From IMG/VR virus record IMGVR_UViG_3300044699_000033: a stretch of DNA of 64,000 nt. One strand, 5' to 3'. Source of the stretch: an uncultured virus (IMG/VR IMGVR_UViG_3300044699_000033). Taxonomy: Duplodnaviria > Heunggongvirae > Uroviricota > Caudoviricetes. The translations under genes and the position numbers were made by a program. The notes under the pieces were generated by a model, which saw only the letters and a list, made by a program, of their open reading frames with translations, was not told where the DNA came from and did not search any database. This document shows, piece after piece, positions 50,292 through 59,931 of the stretch (within the stretch, counting starts at the first letter, position 1; every line of letters starts with the position of its first letter).

Positions 50292-52304
50292 TTACTCGTC
50301 AATGTGCATTACTACACCTGATTTTGCAGTCAGAACATCCAGAATGTTTGCCTCAAAAGATGCTTCATTACCATCTCCTTCTTTGAAAGCAAATACTGCT
50401 GTAAATGTCTCTTGCTCGTTCTTTCTGAAGCTATGTCCATAAGAAGCCTTGAAAGTAACATAATAAAGGTCATAGAATGCATTTCTGTCTGCCATATCTA
50501 ACAAATTCATATCAAATGCTTCCCTCATTCTTGGGTCTGCACTATATTGTTTGATATGTTTTAAGTAAGCATCTGTCTTCATTATAAGCTCTCTTACTAC
50601 ATATTCTCCTGATTGTCTTGAATGTTGACCAACCTTAGTTTGTTGCTGAGAAGGTTTGCTTGCAAAATCACAAGCACTGTCATCTTCTCCAAGCAATGAA
50701 ACTTCAAATTTCACTGGTTGTGTTTGATAGAAATCTCCAATTTGGAATGAACAATTGCCAAATTTAGGGTCATAATATCCTGCTGAGATTCTGATACCAC
50801 ACTTTCTAGTTTCGTCCTCTACAACAGCCTCAGGAACTAATTCCCATGACTTGTTTTCAAAAGCAGGAAGAGTATCATATGTGAATGTTACGTTGCTAGT
50901 TAAGCAAGCTTCATCCAAACAGTCTACAGAATCTTGTTCTACAGTGTAATCATCACAACAGCTATCTCCAGCTATCTTTGTAAGTGAGTCAATATCAATA
51001 CCTTGTACACCTGAAAGAATTGCAATTAAATCATCAAGTCTATCACCATCTGGAGCACAATCAGGTCTGTTAAGACACTTGATCTTCATTGTTCTTCTTG
51101 AAGAAATACCACTTCCACAATCTTCCCAAGCTACAGCAGCAGGTGCATCAAAAACGCACTGAGCAGCTTCCACCCAAGAATCACCAATTATATCAGCTCC
51201 TATTGCAGGATCTAATACTGTTCCTTCTGGGAATTTCAATTTAACAATAGCTACGGCACCATCCTGACCTACAAATGTAGCATCAGAGTTATAAGAACCA
51301 GCAGCAGTTGTAGAAGTTGATGTTGAAGTTGATGTTGTAACACTCTCTTGTGTTGCATAAGCAGACCATACGGTATTAGCATATGCATCTCTTGATGCTA
51401 CAGTTGAGAAATCTTCACCACCAACAATTGGTCTTTTTACAATATAAACTGTCTTAGACTCAATTAAGAATGAATCTGCTGGACATTCATCACAAACAGC
51501 CTGTAAAACAGAACCAGTTTGAGTGAAATCAACAGGTGCATCAGCTTCATCTGATTGACAGAATTGATAAGTAGACTCTGAACCACTTCTTGCTGTTCTT
51601 GTAACAACTACACCTACAGGTGCTTGTGCTTCAACAGCTTTAAGAGCTACACCATCACCATTATCACAAAGGGTTAAACACCATTTTGTCATATTAGTAG
51701 CAGTCTCAGAATAGTCACTTGTAACTATTTTTGCTTGTACCCCAAATCTTCTTAAACCCTCGTCAGTGTTGATTTTGTCAACAAGTTTTTGAGTTTCAGT
51801 AAGACAGTCAGCAATTGTGTCTGGGCAATCATTACCCTCACAAGGTTGTGAACAATCTTCCTGTGGTGTGTGTGACACTAAGAATTCCTTTGGTCCACCA
51901 TAGAATCTGTAAGTTGGGTCTCCTGTAAACAGGAATTTAACTCTTACAGGTACTCCTTTTGTATAAGAAAGTCCTATAGAAGAAGGTCCACCATTGTAGC
52001 CTAATACCCACTCTTCATTTATAATTCTGTGAGGTAGAGACTTATACATATTCTCTACATCCTTTGCATAGAAGAAAGGAGATTTATGGCTAGTCTGTGT
52101 TACAGGTGTGCCAAACCATGTCTTACCGCCCAAAGTACCTTGTGCAAAGAAAAGCTCTTTACCGTTGCCAAGAGCAGTTGTTACACTGAATGTTGCTCTG
52201 TCAAACAGACCAAGTGCTGTTCCTTTAAGTTCTGAGGAATGCCCCGAAGTAGCTATTCCACCATTTACCAGATAAAAGGGAACATGGTATTCAAAATTTT
52301 CCAT
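50292..52304 (-). CDS. Head-associated structural protein (auxiliary capsid-like)
   Basis: 670 aa, Cys-rich, in the conserved post-capsid block. Confidence 0.55.
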   Translation of the reverse strand: MENFEYHVPFYLVNGGIATSGHSSELKGTALGLFDRATFSVTTALGNGKELFFAQGTLGGKTWFGTPVTQTSHKSPFFYAKDVENMYKSLPHRIINEEWVLGYNGGPSSIGLSYTKGVPVRVKFLFTGDPTYRFYGGPKEFLVSHTPQEDCSQPCEGNDCPDTIADCLTETQKLVDKINTDEGLRRFGVQAKIVTSDYSETATNMTKWCLTLCDNGDGVALKAVEAQAPVGVVVTRTARSGSESTYQFCQSDEADAPVDFTQTGSVLQAVCDECPADSFLIESKTVYIVKRPIVGGEDFSTVASRDAYANTVWSAYATQESVTTSTSTSTSTTAAGSYNSDATFVGQDGAVAIVKLKFPEGTVLDPAIGADIIGDSWVEAAQCVFDAPAAVAWEDCGSGISSRRTMKIKCLNRPDCAPDGDRLDDLIAILSGVQGIDIDSLTKIAGDSCCDDYTVEQDSVDCLDEACLTSNVTFTYDTLPAFENKSWELVPEAVVEDETRKCGIRISAGYYDPKFGNCSFQIGDFYQTQPVKFEVSLLGEDDSACDFASKPSQQQTKVGQHSRQSGEYVVRELIMKTDAYLKHIKQYSADPRMREAFDMNLLDMADRNAFYDLYYVTFKASYGHSFRKNEQETFTAVFAFKEGDGNEASFEANILDVLTAKSGVVMHIDE

Positions 52305-52333
52305 AATTTGTTATTTGTTTTCGTTATTAATTA

Positions 52334-52990
52334 TTAATCGTTATCATTTCTTCTTTGTTCCAGTAGCCTTTCTTGATTAAGACTTTCTATATCTGAAGCT
52401 ATTATTTTACATGCTTCCTCTACAAATAGTTCACAAAGCCTCTCATTAAACTCAACCTTTGTATCTGGCTTTTTAAAATCATACACTTTAGGCTTTCTGT
52501 AATAAGTAAGAACAGCCTTGTCTACTGTGAAATCTTTATTGTGATATATATGAGCTTTATCTCCTATAAGAGTGTGAAAGGTTTCTTCAAAGTTGAAAGA
52601 AGGTATTGATAATAAATCATCAACATTTGCTTCTTCTCTTAAGTGTGACTTAATGGTTACACTTGAGCAACTTCCTTTTGATACTGTAGGAGTTAGTCTT
52701 TTGAAAGAGCCATAATCTATAGGAAGCTTATTTGATTGAGCAAATATCCCTTTGTTTCTAACTGTCAAAGGCTGTGTTTTCAACAGTATTTGTAAATCAT
52801 CAACTCTTCCAACAGTTTCTTCATCTCCGTCCTGTAGCTGCGTCTTGCCTATTTTCATCCTTCCAACACCATCTGTAATAGCCTTATTGAATGCTTCTTG
52901 CTTCACATAGTCAGTGAGATTGTCATAATCCCCACTGTCTCCTTTGTTCATTCTCAGGTTAATTTTTGCAGATACTTGTTTGATTGTCAT
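52334..52990 (-). CDS. Ring/head-tail adaptor protein
   Basis: MTIKQV...RVDDLQILL...LTYYRKP motifs; start overlaps the upstream stop. Confidence 0.6.
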   Translation of the reverse strand: MTIKQVSAKINLRMNKGDSGDYDNLTDYVKQEAFNKAITDGVGRMKIGKTQLQDGDEETVGRVDDLQILLKTQPLTVRNKGIFAQSNKLPIDYGSFKRLTPTVSKGSCSSVTIKSHLREEANVDDLLSIPSFNFEETFHTLIGDKAHIYHNKDFTVDKAVLTYYRKPKVYDFKKPDTKVEFNERLCELFVEEACKIIASDIESLNQERLLEQRRNDND

Positions 52991-53979
52991 TATTCTTTCC
53001 ATTTAGCTTCAACCTGCTCTCTTAAGAGTTCAAGGTCTTTGCTGTATTTAGCTTTTTGTAAATTATCAACTACTTCTGTAATCCTCATTCCAAGTTCTGT
53101 TCCTTCTGTAGTAGTAAACTTGTTATCTCTCTTAACTAAGTAGTTAAAATACTCTCCAGCTTTTACATATGCTTCAGTGTATAAAAGAGGTCTTGTTTGT
53201 TGACCTTCCCATCTTTTAGCATATTCAAGGAATATCTTAGCACAATCTTTCTTACTCTTTGTCCTTAATTTTCCGTCAATGAACTTAATATGATAATTAA
53301 CTAATTCTTTCTTAGAGACTGATCTTAAGAAAGCACCATATTTCTCTGTGTCATATTGCATACACCAAGCAAGGATAAACAATGCTTCTGTACTTTCCTC
53401 TGCTCTAAGTCTTCCTAAAGCAGCATGTGCATCACTCTTTCTAATTTCTTCATCATCATCTATTACATCATCTGTTTCCAAAGCTAAATAGAGAGGAATT
53501 TGTTTGTCATGAGCCCATGTATATGTTGGGGCTACCATTCCCATAAATGCACCTGAAATTATACTCAGATACAAAAGAGCATGTGTTACATACTTTGTGT
53601 CATAGAACTTGTCAGCATCTTGATTTGTCAAAGAAAGGACGTTTACATCTCTATTCTTTTTCCAGAAGAAGGCATTTGAAGGGTCAATTACAGCATCTCC
53701 ACCATAATTCTTAGCAATTACACCTCTCATCTCCTGAATCTGCTTCTTTACAGCTTGCTGTTCATTAGGACTATACCATCTGTACAAATCCACTTTTTCA
53801 ACATCTAATCCTGTATTGAAAACAATTCTTGGATTTCCTGCCCCATCAACTCCTACTACTGTAGAATCTCTTTCTTCACTGCCTTTGAAAGGCTCACTTG
53901 TTCCTGAAAATCTGACAATAGCATCTCCTTCTTTCTTTGCTTTGTCAATTGTACTTTTAATAGCAAATCTAATACTCAT
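52990..53979 (-). CDS. Conserved crAss-like protein downstream of the capsid gene
   Basis: 329-aa intact ORF; synteny. Confidence 0.55.
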   Translation of the reverse strand: MSIRFAIKSTIDKAKKEGDAIVRFSGTSEPFKGSEERDSTVVGVDGAGNPRIVFNTGLDVEKVDLYRWYSPNEQQAVKKQIQEMRGVIAKNYGGDAVIDPSNAFFWKKNRDVNVLSLTNQDADKFYDTKYVTHALLYLSIISGAFMGMVAPTYTWAHDKQIPLYLALETDDVIDDDEEIRKSDAHAALGRLRAEESTEALFILAWCMQYDTEKYGAFLRSVSKKELVNYHIKFIDGKLRTKSKKDCAKIFLEYAKRWEGQQTRPLLYTEAYVKAGEYFNYLVKRDNKFTTTEGTELGMRITEVVDNLQKAKYSKDLELLREQVEAKWKE

Positions 53980-54002
53980 TTTGTTGGTTTTTGGTTATTA
54001 AT

Positions 54003-54056
54003 GTAAACTTGGTTGGATATCCAGCACTACCATCGTGGAGGTGTTTACTTAGTGCC
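54003..54056 (-). ncRNA. Minimal HDV-like self-cleaving ribozyme candidate
   Basis: P1 GGCACT/AGTGCT with G1.U, P2 GTAAAC/GTTTAC, P3 ACC/GGT, L3 TCCACGAT, GG for P1.1, J4/2 CCAA. Confidence 0.75.
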
Positions 54057-54091
54057 TGTAGCCTTACGGGGCTACTTTATAGGAGAGGAAA

Positions 54092-55786
54092 TTAAAGAGC
54101 AGCTATTCCTGTTCTTGGGTTTTTAGGTACAAGTTTCAGAAGTTTAGTTGGGTCCATGATAATTGCTGTGTCAGCAGAACCTATGAACTTAACCTGATAT
54201 CCTGAAAGCTCGTCAGTTGCAGCATGAACTTGGATGTTACTTCCATTGATATTCATACCACTTCTTAAGAATGGGTGAGTTTCGTCACCTGCTTCTACCA
54301 TCATTCTCAACTTAGAACCTTTTCTTCTTACAATTACCATATTGTCTCTTGACATATTATAGTCTTCAATCAACATTGTGTATGAAGAAAGTCTGTAACC
54401 ACCTGCAAGGATTGGGTTTACAAATTCATCAGCCATTACTGGGTCAAATCCTGGTTCGTATTCTACTTGTAAGTAACCTACGTTAGGAATTTGATATTTG
54501 ATGAATCTTGCAATGTTCCTTGTAAGGTTTGCGGCATTTGGTCCTGTAATGAATCCAAATTCAGCATTTTGTACAACACCTTCAACATTAAATCCTTTCT
54601 TCATCATTGCTTCATAGATAAGTTGTTGACCACCTCTACCAGTCTTAACTGTGTAAACATTGTCAGAAACACTTTCTCTATCAGGCACTTTACCTCTTTC
54701 GAAGTCTTTGATAGCATCTGTAATGGTATCAAGTGTGAAAAGATCAATTGAATAAGAGTGCTTATAACCTGCTAAGTCCATTTGGAACCATACACCCGGT
54801 ACAAGTCTTGTAGTATCATAACCATCTCTTAATTGGTCAATTTGGTCAGACCAAATCATAAGGTCATTGTTCTGTCTTTGAATCATTGTGATTGCAAGAG
54901 AGTCCAAAAGGTTTACTAATGCAGCCTCACCATTACCCTGTGCTTTCTGAACAGCCACTTGCTCAGCAAGATGTTGATATTCAGGAGCATTTGTAAGTTT
55001 GATGAACCTGTTATCAGCAATACCCTTTACTTGGTAAAACTCTAACACAGTATCTTCAAATTGCTTAATCTTATCTGGGGTGATTCTTGTATCACTATTC
55101 AGGTATTCAACAGCTCCAGAAGTTACTCTGTAAGATTGTTGAAGTTTAGCATTAGACAGATAGTTTCTGTACTTAGCTAAACCACCACCTGATAATTGCC
55201 ATACTGCTTTGTTAGAAGAGAAGTCAAGACTTCTTGTATCAGCAATTTTAATTATTTGTCTTCCTGGTTGGAACTCTGCTTTGGTAACATATTTAACAAA
55301 GGCATTCGTATTAAGAACAGCCCAAAGTTTAAATTGCTCACCATTTTGTTCAATTCTCCTGTCTACAACAGTGAAAGAGATTCTAGAGGTAAGGTCAAAC
55401 TTGAAGATGGAACCTCCCGAAAGGTCTCTTCTTGTTACTGTAAAAGGAATTTCTTCCCCGTCCATACCAAATTTGTCCCTGTCAAGTCCACCACTAACAA
55501 GTCTGTTTGTAGTGTCAATTGCAGTAGGTAAAGAGAATTCATAGAAGTCTGCACCAGAGTACATCACTTGTGCATTGTCAAGAGCAAATGTCAGCAATGG
55601 TGAATTTGTTCTTTGCTTCAGGGCCCATATATCCAAAACACCAAAGTTAATAGGTGATTCAGGAGCCATGTTAGTAACATAAGGAATATCTATGTGGTTC
55701 TTTAAACCAAGCATACTACCCTGTCCCATAAATATACCAGGGTGACCTTGTTGCCCTAACCCTGTAAGTGATTGTTGTATTGCCAT
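54092..55786 (-). CDS. Major capsid protein
   Basis: 564 aa in portal-scaffold-MCP order; VKTGRGG and GYRLSSY...I.D motifs of crAss-like MCPs. Confidence 0.8.
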   Translation of the reverse strand: MAIQQSLTGLGQQGHPGIFMGQGSMLGLKNHIDIPYVTNMAPESPINFGVLDIWALKQRTNSPLLTFALDNAQVMYSGADFYEFSLPTAIDTTNRLVSGGLDRDKFGMDGEEIPFTVTRRDLSGGSIFKFDLTSRISFTVVDRRIEQNGEQFKLWAVLNTNAFVKYVTKAEFQPGRQIIKIADTRSLDFSSNKAVWQLSGGGLAKYRNYLSNAKLQQSYRVTSGAVEYLNSDTRITPDKIKQFEDTVLEFYQVKGIADNRFIKLTNAPEYQHLAEQVAVQKAQGNGEAALVNLLDSLAITMIQRQNNDLMIWSDQIDQLRDGYDTTRLVPGVWFQMDLAGYKHSYSIDLFTLDTITDAIKDFERGKVPDRESVSDNVYTVKTGRGGQQLIYEAMMKKGFNVEGVVQNAEFGFITGPNAANLTRNIARFIKYQIPNVGYLQVEYEPGFDPVMADEFVNPILAGGYRLSSYTMLIEDYNMSRDNMVIVRRKGSKLRMMVEAGDETHPFLRSGMNINGSNIQVHAATDELSGYQVKFIGSADTAIIMDPTKLLKLVPKNPRTGIAAL

Positions 55787-55815
55787 AACGTATAATTGTT
55801 TTTTATTTTACTTTC

Positions 55816-57033
55816 TTATCTTCCAAATCTTCCACTGAATTGAGTCCTTTTTACTGTAATAGGTTCATCAGCATCAGTATTAGAAGAAGAGTTTGTGGTT
55901 GCTGCAACTCTTAAAGTCTTTTGAAGACTTGCTGCTGTTGCATTAGCAGCTCCAGATGCTATGTATTTTATTACTGCATCTTTCTTTCCACCTACTAATA
56001 ATGAAACAAGTTTTAATGTTTCAAAATCTTCAGGCTTACCACTTGAGAAAAGACCATCTATTTTAGAGAAGATATTGTAGCCTTTTGTTTCCTCTGAAGG
56101 AAAAGCTATCATATCATACACTACTGCTTTTTCATCTTTTGTCAATTTCTGCTTTCCGAAGATTGGTGCCTCTATAGCTACAAGAGCTTTCTGCTCAATT
56201 TCCTCTACCATTTGCATGTATTGTTGTTGCTCAGCTTGTCTTTCTTGCATCAACTGTGTAAGAGAAGTTTGTTCTTCCTGAATAATCAAAGGCTTATAAA
56301 CCTTTGCAGTGGATAGCAACTTGTCAGCTCCTTTCAGAGTTTCAACTTGTTGTTCTATCAATTCAGGAGTTTCTCCCCTTTGTTGAAGTCTTGCTCTCAC
56401 GATTCTTTCTGCACCCTCAGGTGTAGTTTCATCAGCTTGAGCCACACTTTCAACATTCTTAACACCTTGAATAAAAGGTAGCACCTCAGAAGGGTCATCA
56501 ACTAATTCGGAATATTTAAGAACTGCTTGCCATGCTGGAGTTTTGGATTGGTAAATCTGTTTTACCAGATTAGTCTTTTCCTTTTCCAACCTATGATTTA
56601 TTTGTAATTCAAATACTTCATCGTATTCTTCAGGAGTTTTTGGGATAAAATCTACTGTTTTTCCATCAGCAGTATCCTCTTTTATCTGAACAAACTTTCC
56701 TGATTTGATTCTGTCTTGATAATATCCTGAAATATCAGAAAAATCATACTTGACAGGCTCTTTCTTTTTATCATCTGCTCCAACTGCAAAAATGTCAACT
56801 TCTGTTGTAGTATCTGTTGTTGAGGCTGAAGCGGTAGTTGTATCTGTTGTAGAGCTAGCAACTGTTGTAGTGGTGTCTGTTGTAGAAGCTGCTAATGTTG
56901 TAGTTTCTGTAGTTGAAAGGATTGATATTTCTTTATCTACCCCTGTTGCTGCAAATCCACTTGGTTTAGCTTCTCCTGCTTTCCCGCCAAAAAGGTCGAG
57001 AAAGTTATCTTGACTGTAATCGTTAATTTCCAT
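55816..57033 (-). CDS. Putative scaffolding protein
   Basis: Acidic low-complexity N-terminus (STTDTTT repeats) plus helical C-terminus, between portal and MCP. Confidence 0.6.
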   Translation of the reverse strand: MEINDYSQDNFLDLFGGKAGEAKPSGFAATGVDKEISILSTTETTTLAASTTDTTTTVASSTTDTTTASASTTDTTTEVDIFAVGADDKKKEPVKYDFSDISGYYQDRIKSGKFVQIKEDTADGKTVDFIPKTPEEYDEVFELQINHRLEKEKTNLVKQIYQSKTPAWQAVLKYSELVDDPSEVLPFIQGVKNVESVAQADETTPEGAERIVRARLQQRGETPELIEQQVETLKGADKLLSTAKVYKPLIIQEEQTSLTQLMQERQAEQQQYMQMVEEIEQKALVAIEAPIFGKQKLTKDEKAVVYDMIAFPSEETKGYNIFSKIDGLFSSGKPEDFETLKLVSLLVGGKKDAVIKYIASGAANATAASLQKTLRVAATTNSSSNTDADEPITVKRTQFSGRFGR

Positions 57034-57134
57034 CTTGTTGGTTTTTAAGTTGTTAATACTATTATAAACATTTTAAGTTAATTTTCAAAATTTATTTTAG
57101 TCTCTCTTGGGAGATTTATATAATATAGACTAAA

Positions 57135-59912
57135 TTACTTCTTAGGTGTATTCTTCTTTTTCAACTCTGCTGCTGACTTATTTTCCTTAGCCACTTTCAG
57201 AGCATATTCTCCTTGAATTTTAGCTTTGTCAATTTCTGCCTGAGACTTTAACCTGTCAGATAGATTCTTATTTAAATCCTTCTGTGCATCAGCATTAATT
57301 TTCTGCTGATTTGCAAGGTTCTTATCACCTAACTCTTTCTGTTTCAATTGATTAGCTAAATCTTTAGAAGGGTCTCCTGTTTGAAGAGGTGAGTTATCTT
57401 CAGCATTTATATTAGCTACATCAATATTATTCTGAAGTTCCTTGTCTTGCATCAATATTTGTGTCTGTAGTTTGTCAGAATTCAGCTTCTCTTGAGCCTG
57501 AAGCTGTTGAGCCTGAAGCTGTTGTTCTTGCTGCATTCTAGCCATTTCCATCTGTTCTTGTTGCATTTCACCCTCTTTGATGAGCGTAAGTATCTTAGGA
57601 ACAGAGCCTTCTATCATAGCCTGAAGCTTTGCTGAAGGTTTAATAGGAAGTGTGCCAGCATCAGCCTGAAGGTAATCACTGATTATCTTGAGATTAGCTC
57701 TGGTATTAGCTCTTGATTCAAGGTTTACATTATAGTGAGGAAGCAAATTGTCCATTCCCTCTACTTCTACCCACACATTTTCTGCCATTTCATTCTGGTA
57801 GATTTCTCTGGAAGACTGTTTGAATGTAGTATAATACTGGGCTGCATCAATCATTCTCTGTCTAACTCTTTGCATAAGGTTAGCATGTTGTTCAAAGTAC
57901 TTCTCTGTCTGTGTTTCAGAGTAGTTAATACCTTGCTGTATACCAAATGCAGTTTCAGATGCCTTTTGACCTCCCATTCTTGCTCTTGTAATACCTATGT
58001 TCTCAGCAGCCTGCCATTTTATCCTATCTGCCACATTAAGCCAGAACTCAGCTAATTGAGCTGTAGAGAGATTTAATACTGTTGGAAGGGCGGCTTGTCC
58101 CATTCCAGCCATTGCTTCCCTGTCCATACTGTACTCCAAAATAGAAGAAGTTTTAAGCCTATCTTCATATTCATCCCTTGGATCAATTCCTGGAGTGGAG
58201 GTGTTCAAGTTATTCATAGGGAAAGTTCTTCTATCCACTGCCACTTTCAGTCCATTATCATCCAAGAACTGTCTTGGAACTTTGTTCATGGCAATATTGT
58301 AGATGATTTGTAACCCTTTTCCTCTGTCAATGAATGAATGAGGATCACTATTTATATAAGAAAATTCACATCCTTCTACAGGAGGCAATGAATCAAATGG
58401 ATTCTCCCTTCCTTTAAACTGGAATTGAACTGGTCCACCATCAATATAAATAGCTTCAAAATTGTTCTGTGTACTTAGCCAGAATGAGTGTTTGGAATTA
58501 GGAGAGATTTTCATTACATGTCTCCATTCTGGAGCCCATGTCCAATCTATGTGCTCTCCATATAATAAATTATCCTTTGTTTCTTCTTTTGTTACAGATT
58601 TGTCATAAACTGGCTCAATTGTAACTTTGTAGTTTTCATCTACCCAGTCAGGAAGGTCTCTGGAACCATCTCTGTTTATCTTTGTAAGCCAACCTATTCT
58701 TCTTAAAGATCTCCAATAGAGTCTCATTACTCTAAACATCTGAGGATGTCCTGTAACAGTTCTACCAAAGGTAGGATTGAATATGTCCATACTTAGATTG
58801 TGGTCAAAATTTGGACTTCTCATATAAGAATGAGCCAACTCTTGTCCAACAATCATATCATTTACTACAGGATTTAAGTCTGTAGCTTGATTATAAGGTT
58901 TGGTTAAGTCATAATATATACCAGGGTGTTGCTTTAAATAGTCTGGAATAATAAGAGCAGAAGACACTTTTACAAAGATATCTTTCAGTTTCAGCATATC
59001 TTCTTCTTTCATCTTTCTACCATACTTATTGATTATATCTCCAGATGACATGAAATCAAACCATAAGAAATAGTCTCCTTGAGAGACATATTTAACATTT
59101 GGTCCTTTGTGCTTATCAACCCACTTTGGGTTCAATAGTTCCAAAGCGAAGTCATCTTCCATTAAATCAAGATGCCAGTACTCTCTATCTGTAATAAGTC
59201 CACATTCAAAACCATCAGGCTCAATTTCTGCAAGATGGTATCTCTTGTCATGTATCTGTAACACCTTCTCTGCCCATTTAGCACCTGTTGTTCTGAATGA
59301 TTTAGATTCAAATTCAATCTGTTGCAGTTGTTGTACAGTGCTCTGAAGTTGCTGTTGATATTGTTCTTGGTCTGTTTCCTCTGTAATTCCCATTTGAGCA
59401 AGAGCCATTTGCTTTTCAACTACAGCTTGCTGCATCAATACTTGCTCAAACTTAGCTCTTTTCTCCTTAAACATCTCTGAATGGGAGAATTGGTCTACTA
59501 CTTCTACAGACCATCTATTATCTCTCTTAACAAATTCTCCTCTTAGTACATCTACAAAAGGACCTAGCAAAGGGTAGAATTGTTCTAGTGGAGATTGATG
59601 CTCCTGAGGCATTGTCCATTGAACAGCTTGGTGGAAAGGATTTATCTGTGGATTTACAATATAGTCAGATGGGTTGAGTTTGCCAGTCCTCATATCATAG
59701 TTCTTCTGTATCCTACCAGCCTTCTTTTCTACGTTATTCCAGCCAGCAATGTCATAGAAGTCAGCAACAGCTTTTATCCAATCAATTGTTTTTTCCTCTT
59801 GTGTTAACATTTGGAAAGGAAGAATATCCTGAACATTTCCTCCAAGCATTGAATTCTTATCAAGCTTAAATCCTTTGTACAGGTCAGCTCCCCAGATTAG
59901 TTTATGTGCCAA
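57135..59912 (-). CDS. Portal protein
   Basis: 925 aa after the terminase; YPLLGPFVDVLRGEFVKR, VMRLYWRSLRRIG, GITRARMG motifs; Q-rich C-terminal coiled coil. Confidence 0.85.
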   Translation of the reverse strand: MAHKLIWGADLYKGFKLDKNSMLGGNVQDILPFQMLTQEEKTIDWIKAVADFYDIAGWNNVEKKAGRIQKNYDMRTGKLNPSDYIVNPQINPFHQAVQWTMPQEHQSPLEQFYPLLGPFVDVLRGEFVKRDNRWSVEVVDQFSHSEMFKEKRAKFEQVLMQQAVVEKQMALAQMGITEETDQEQYQQQLQSTVQQLQQIEFESKSFRTTGAKWAEKVLQIHDKRYHLAEIEPDGFECGLITDREYWHLDLMEDDFALELLNPKWVDKHKGPNVKYVSQGDYFLWFDFMSSGDIINKYGRKMKEEDMLKLKDIFVKVSSALIIPDYLKQHPGIYYDLTKPYNQATDLNPVVNDMIVGQELAHSYMRSPNFDHNLSMDIFNPTFGRTVTGHPQMFRVMRLYWRSLRRIGWLTKINRDGSRDLPDWVDENYKVTIEPVYDKSVTKEETKDNLLYGEHIDWTWAPEWRHVMKISPNSKHSFWLSTQNNFEAIYIDGGPVQFQFKGRENPFDSLPPVEGCEFSYINSDPHSFIDRGKGLQIIYNIAMNKVPRQFLDDNGLKVAVDRRTFPMNNLNTSTPGIDPRDEYEDRLKTSSILEYSMDREAMAGMGQAALPTVLNLSTAQLAEFWLNVADRIKWQAAENIGITRARMGGQKASETAFGIQQGINYSETQTEKYFEQHANLMQRVRQRMIDAAQYYTTFKQSSREIYQNEMAENVWVEVEGMDNLLPHYNVNLESRANTRANLKIISDYLQADAGTLPIKPSAKLQAMIEGSVPKILTLIKEGEMQQEQMEMARMQQEQQLQAQQLQAQEKLNSDKLQTQILMQDKELQNNIDVANINAEDNSPLQTGDPSKDLANQLKQKELGDKNLANQQKINADAQKDLNKNLSDRLKSQAEIDKAKIQGEYALKVAKENKSAAELKKKNTPKK

Positions 59913-59931
59913 TTTATTTTATATTTTAATT

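Noticed and set aside
3529..57126. ATATTATA as a phage late-promoter motif (3529, 36181, 43205, 57119)
   Set aside because: Suggestive positions, but an all-AT 8-mer is expected many times by chance in this genome and it also occurs inside genes.
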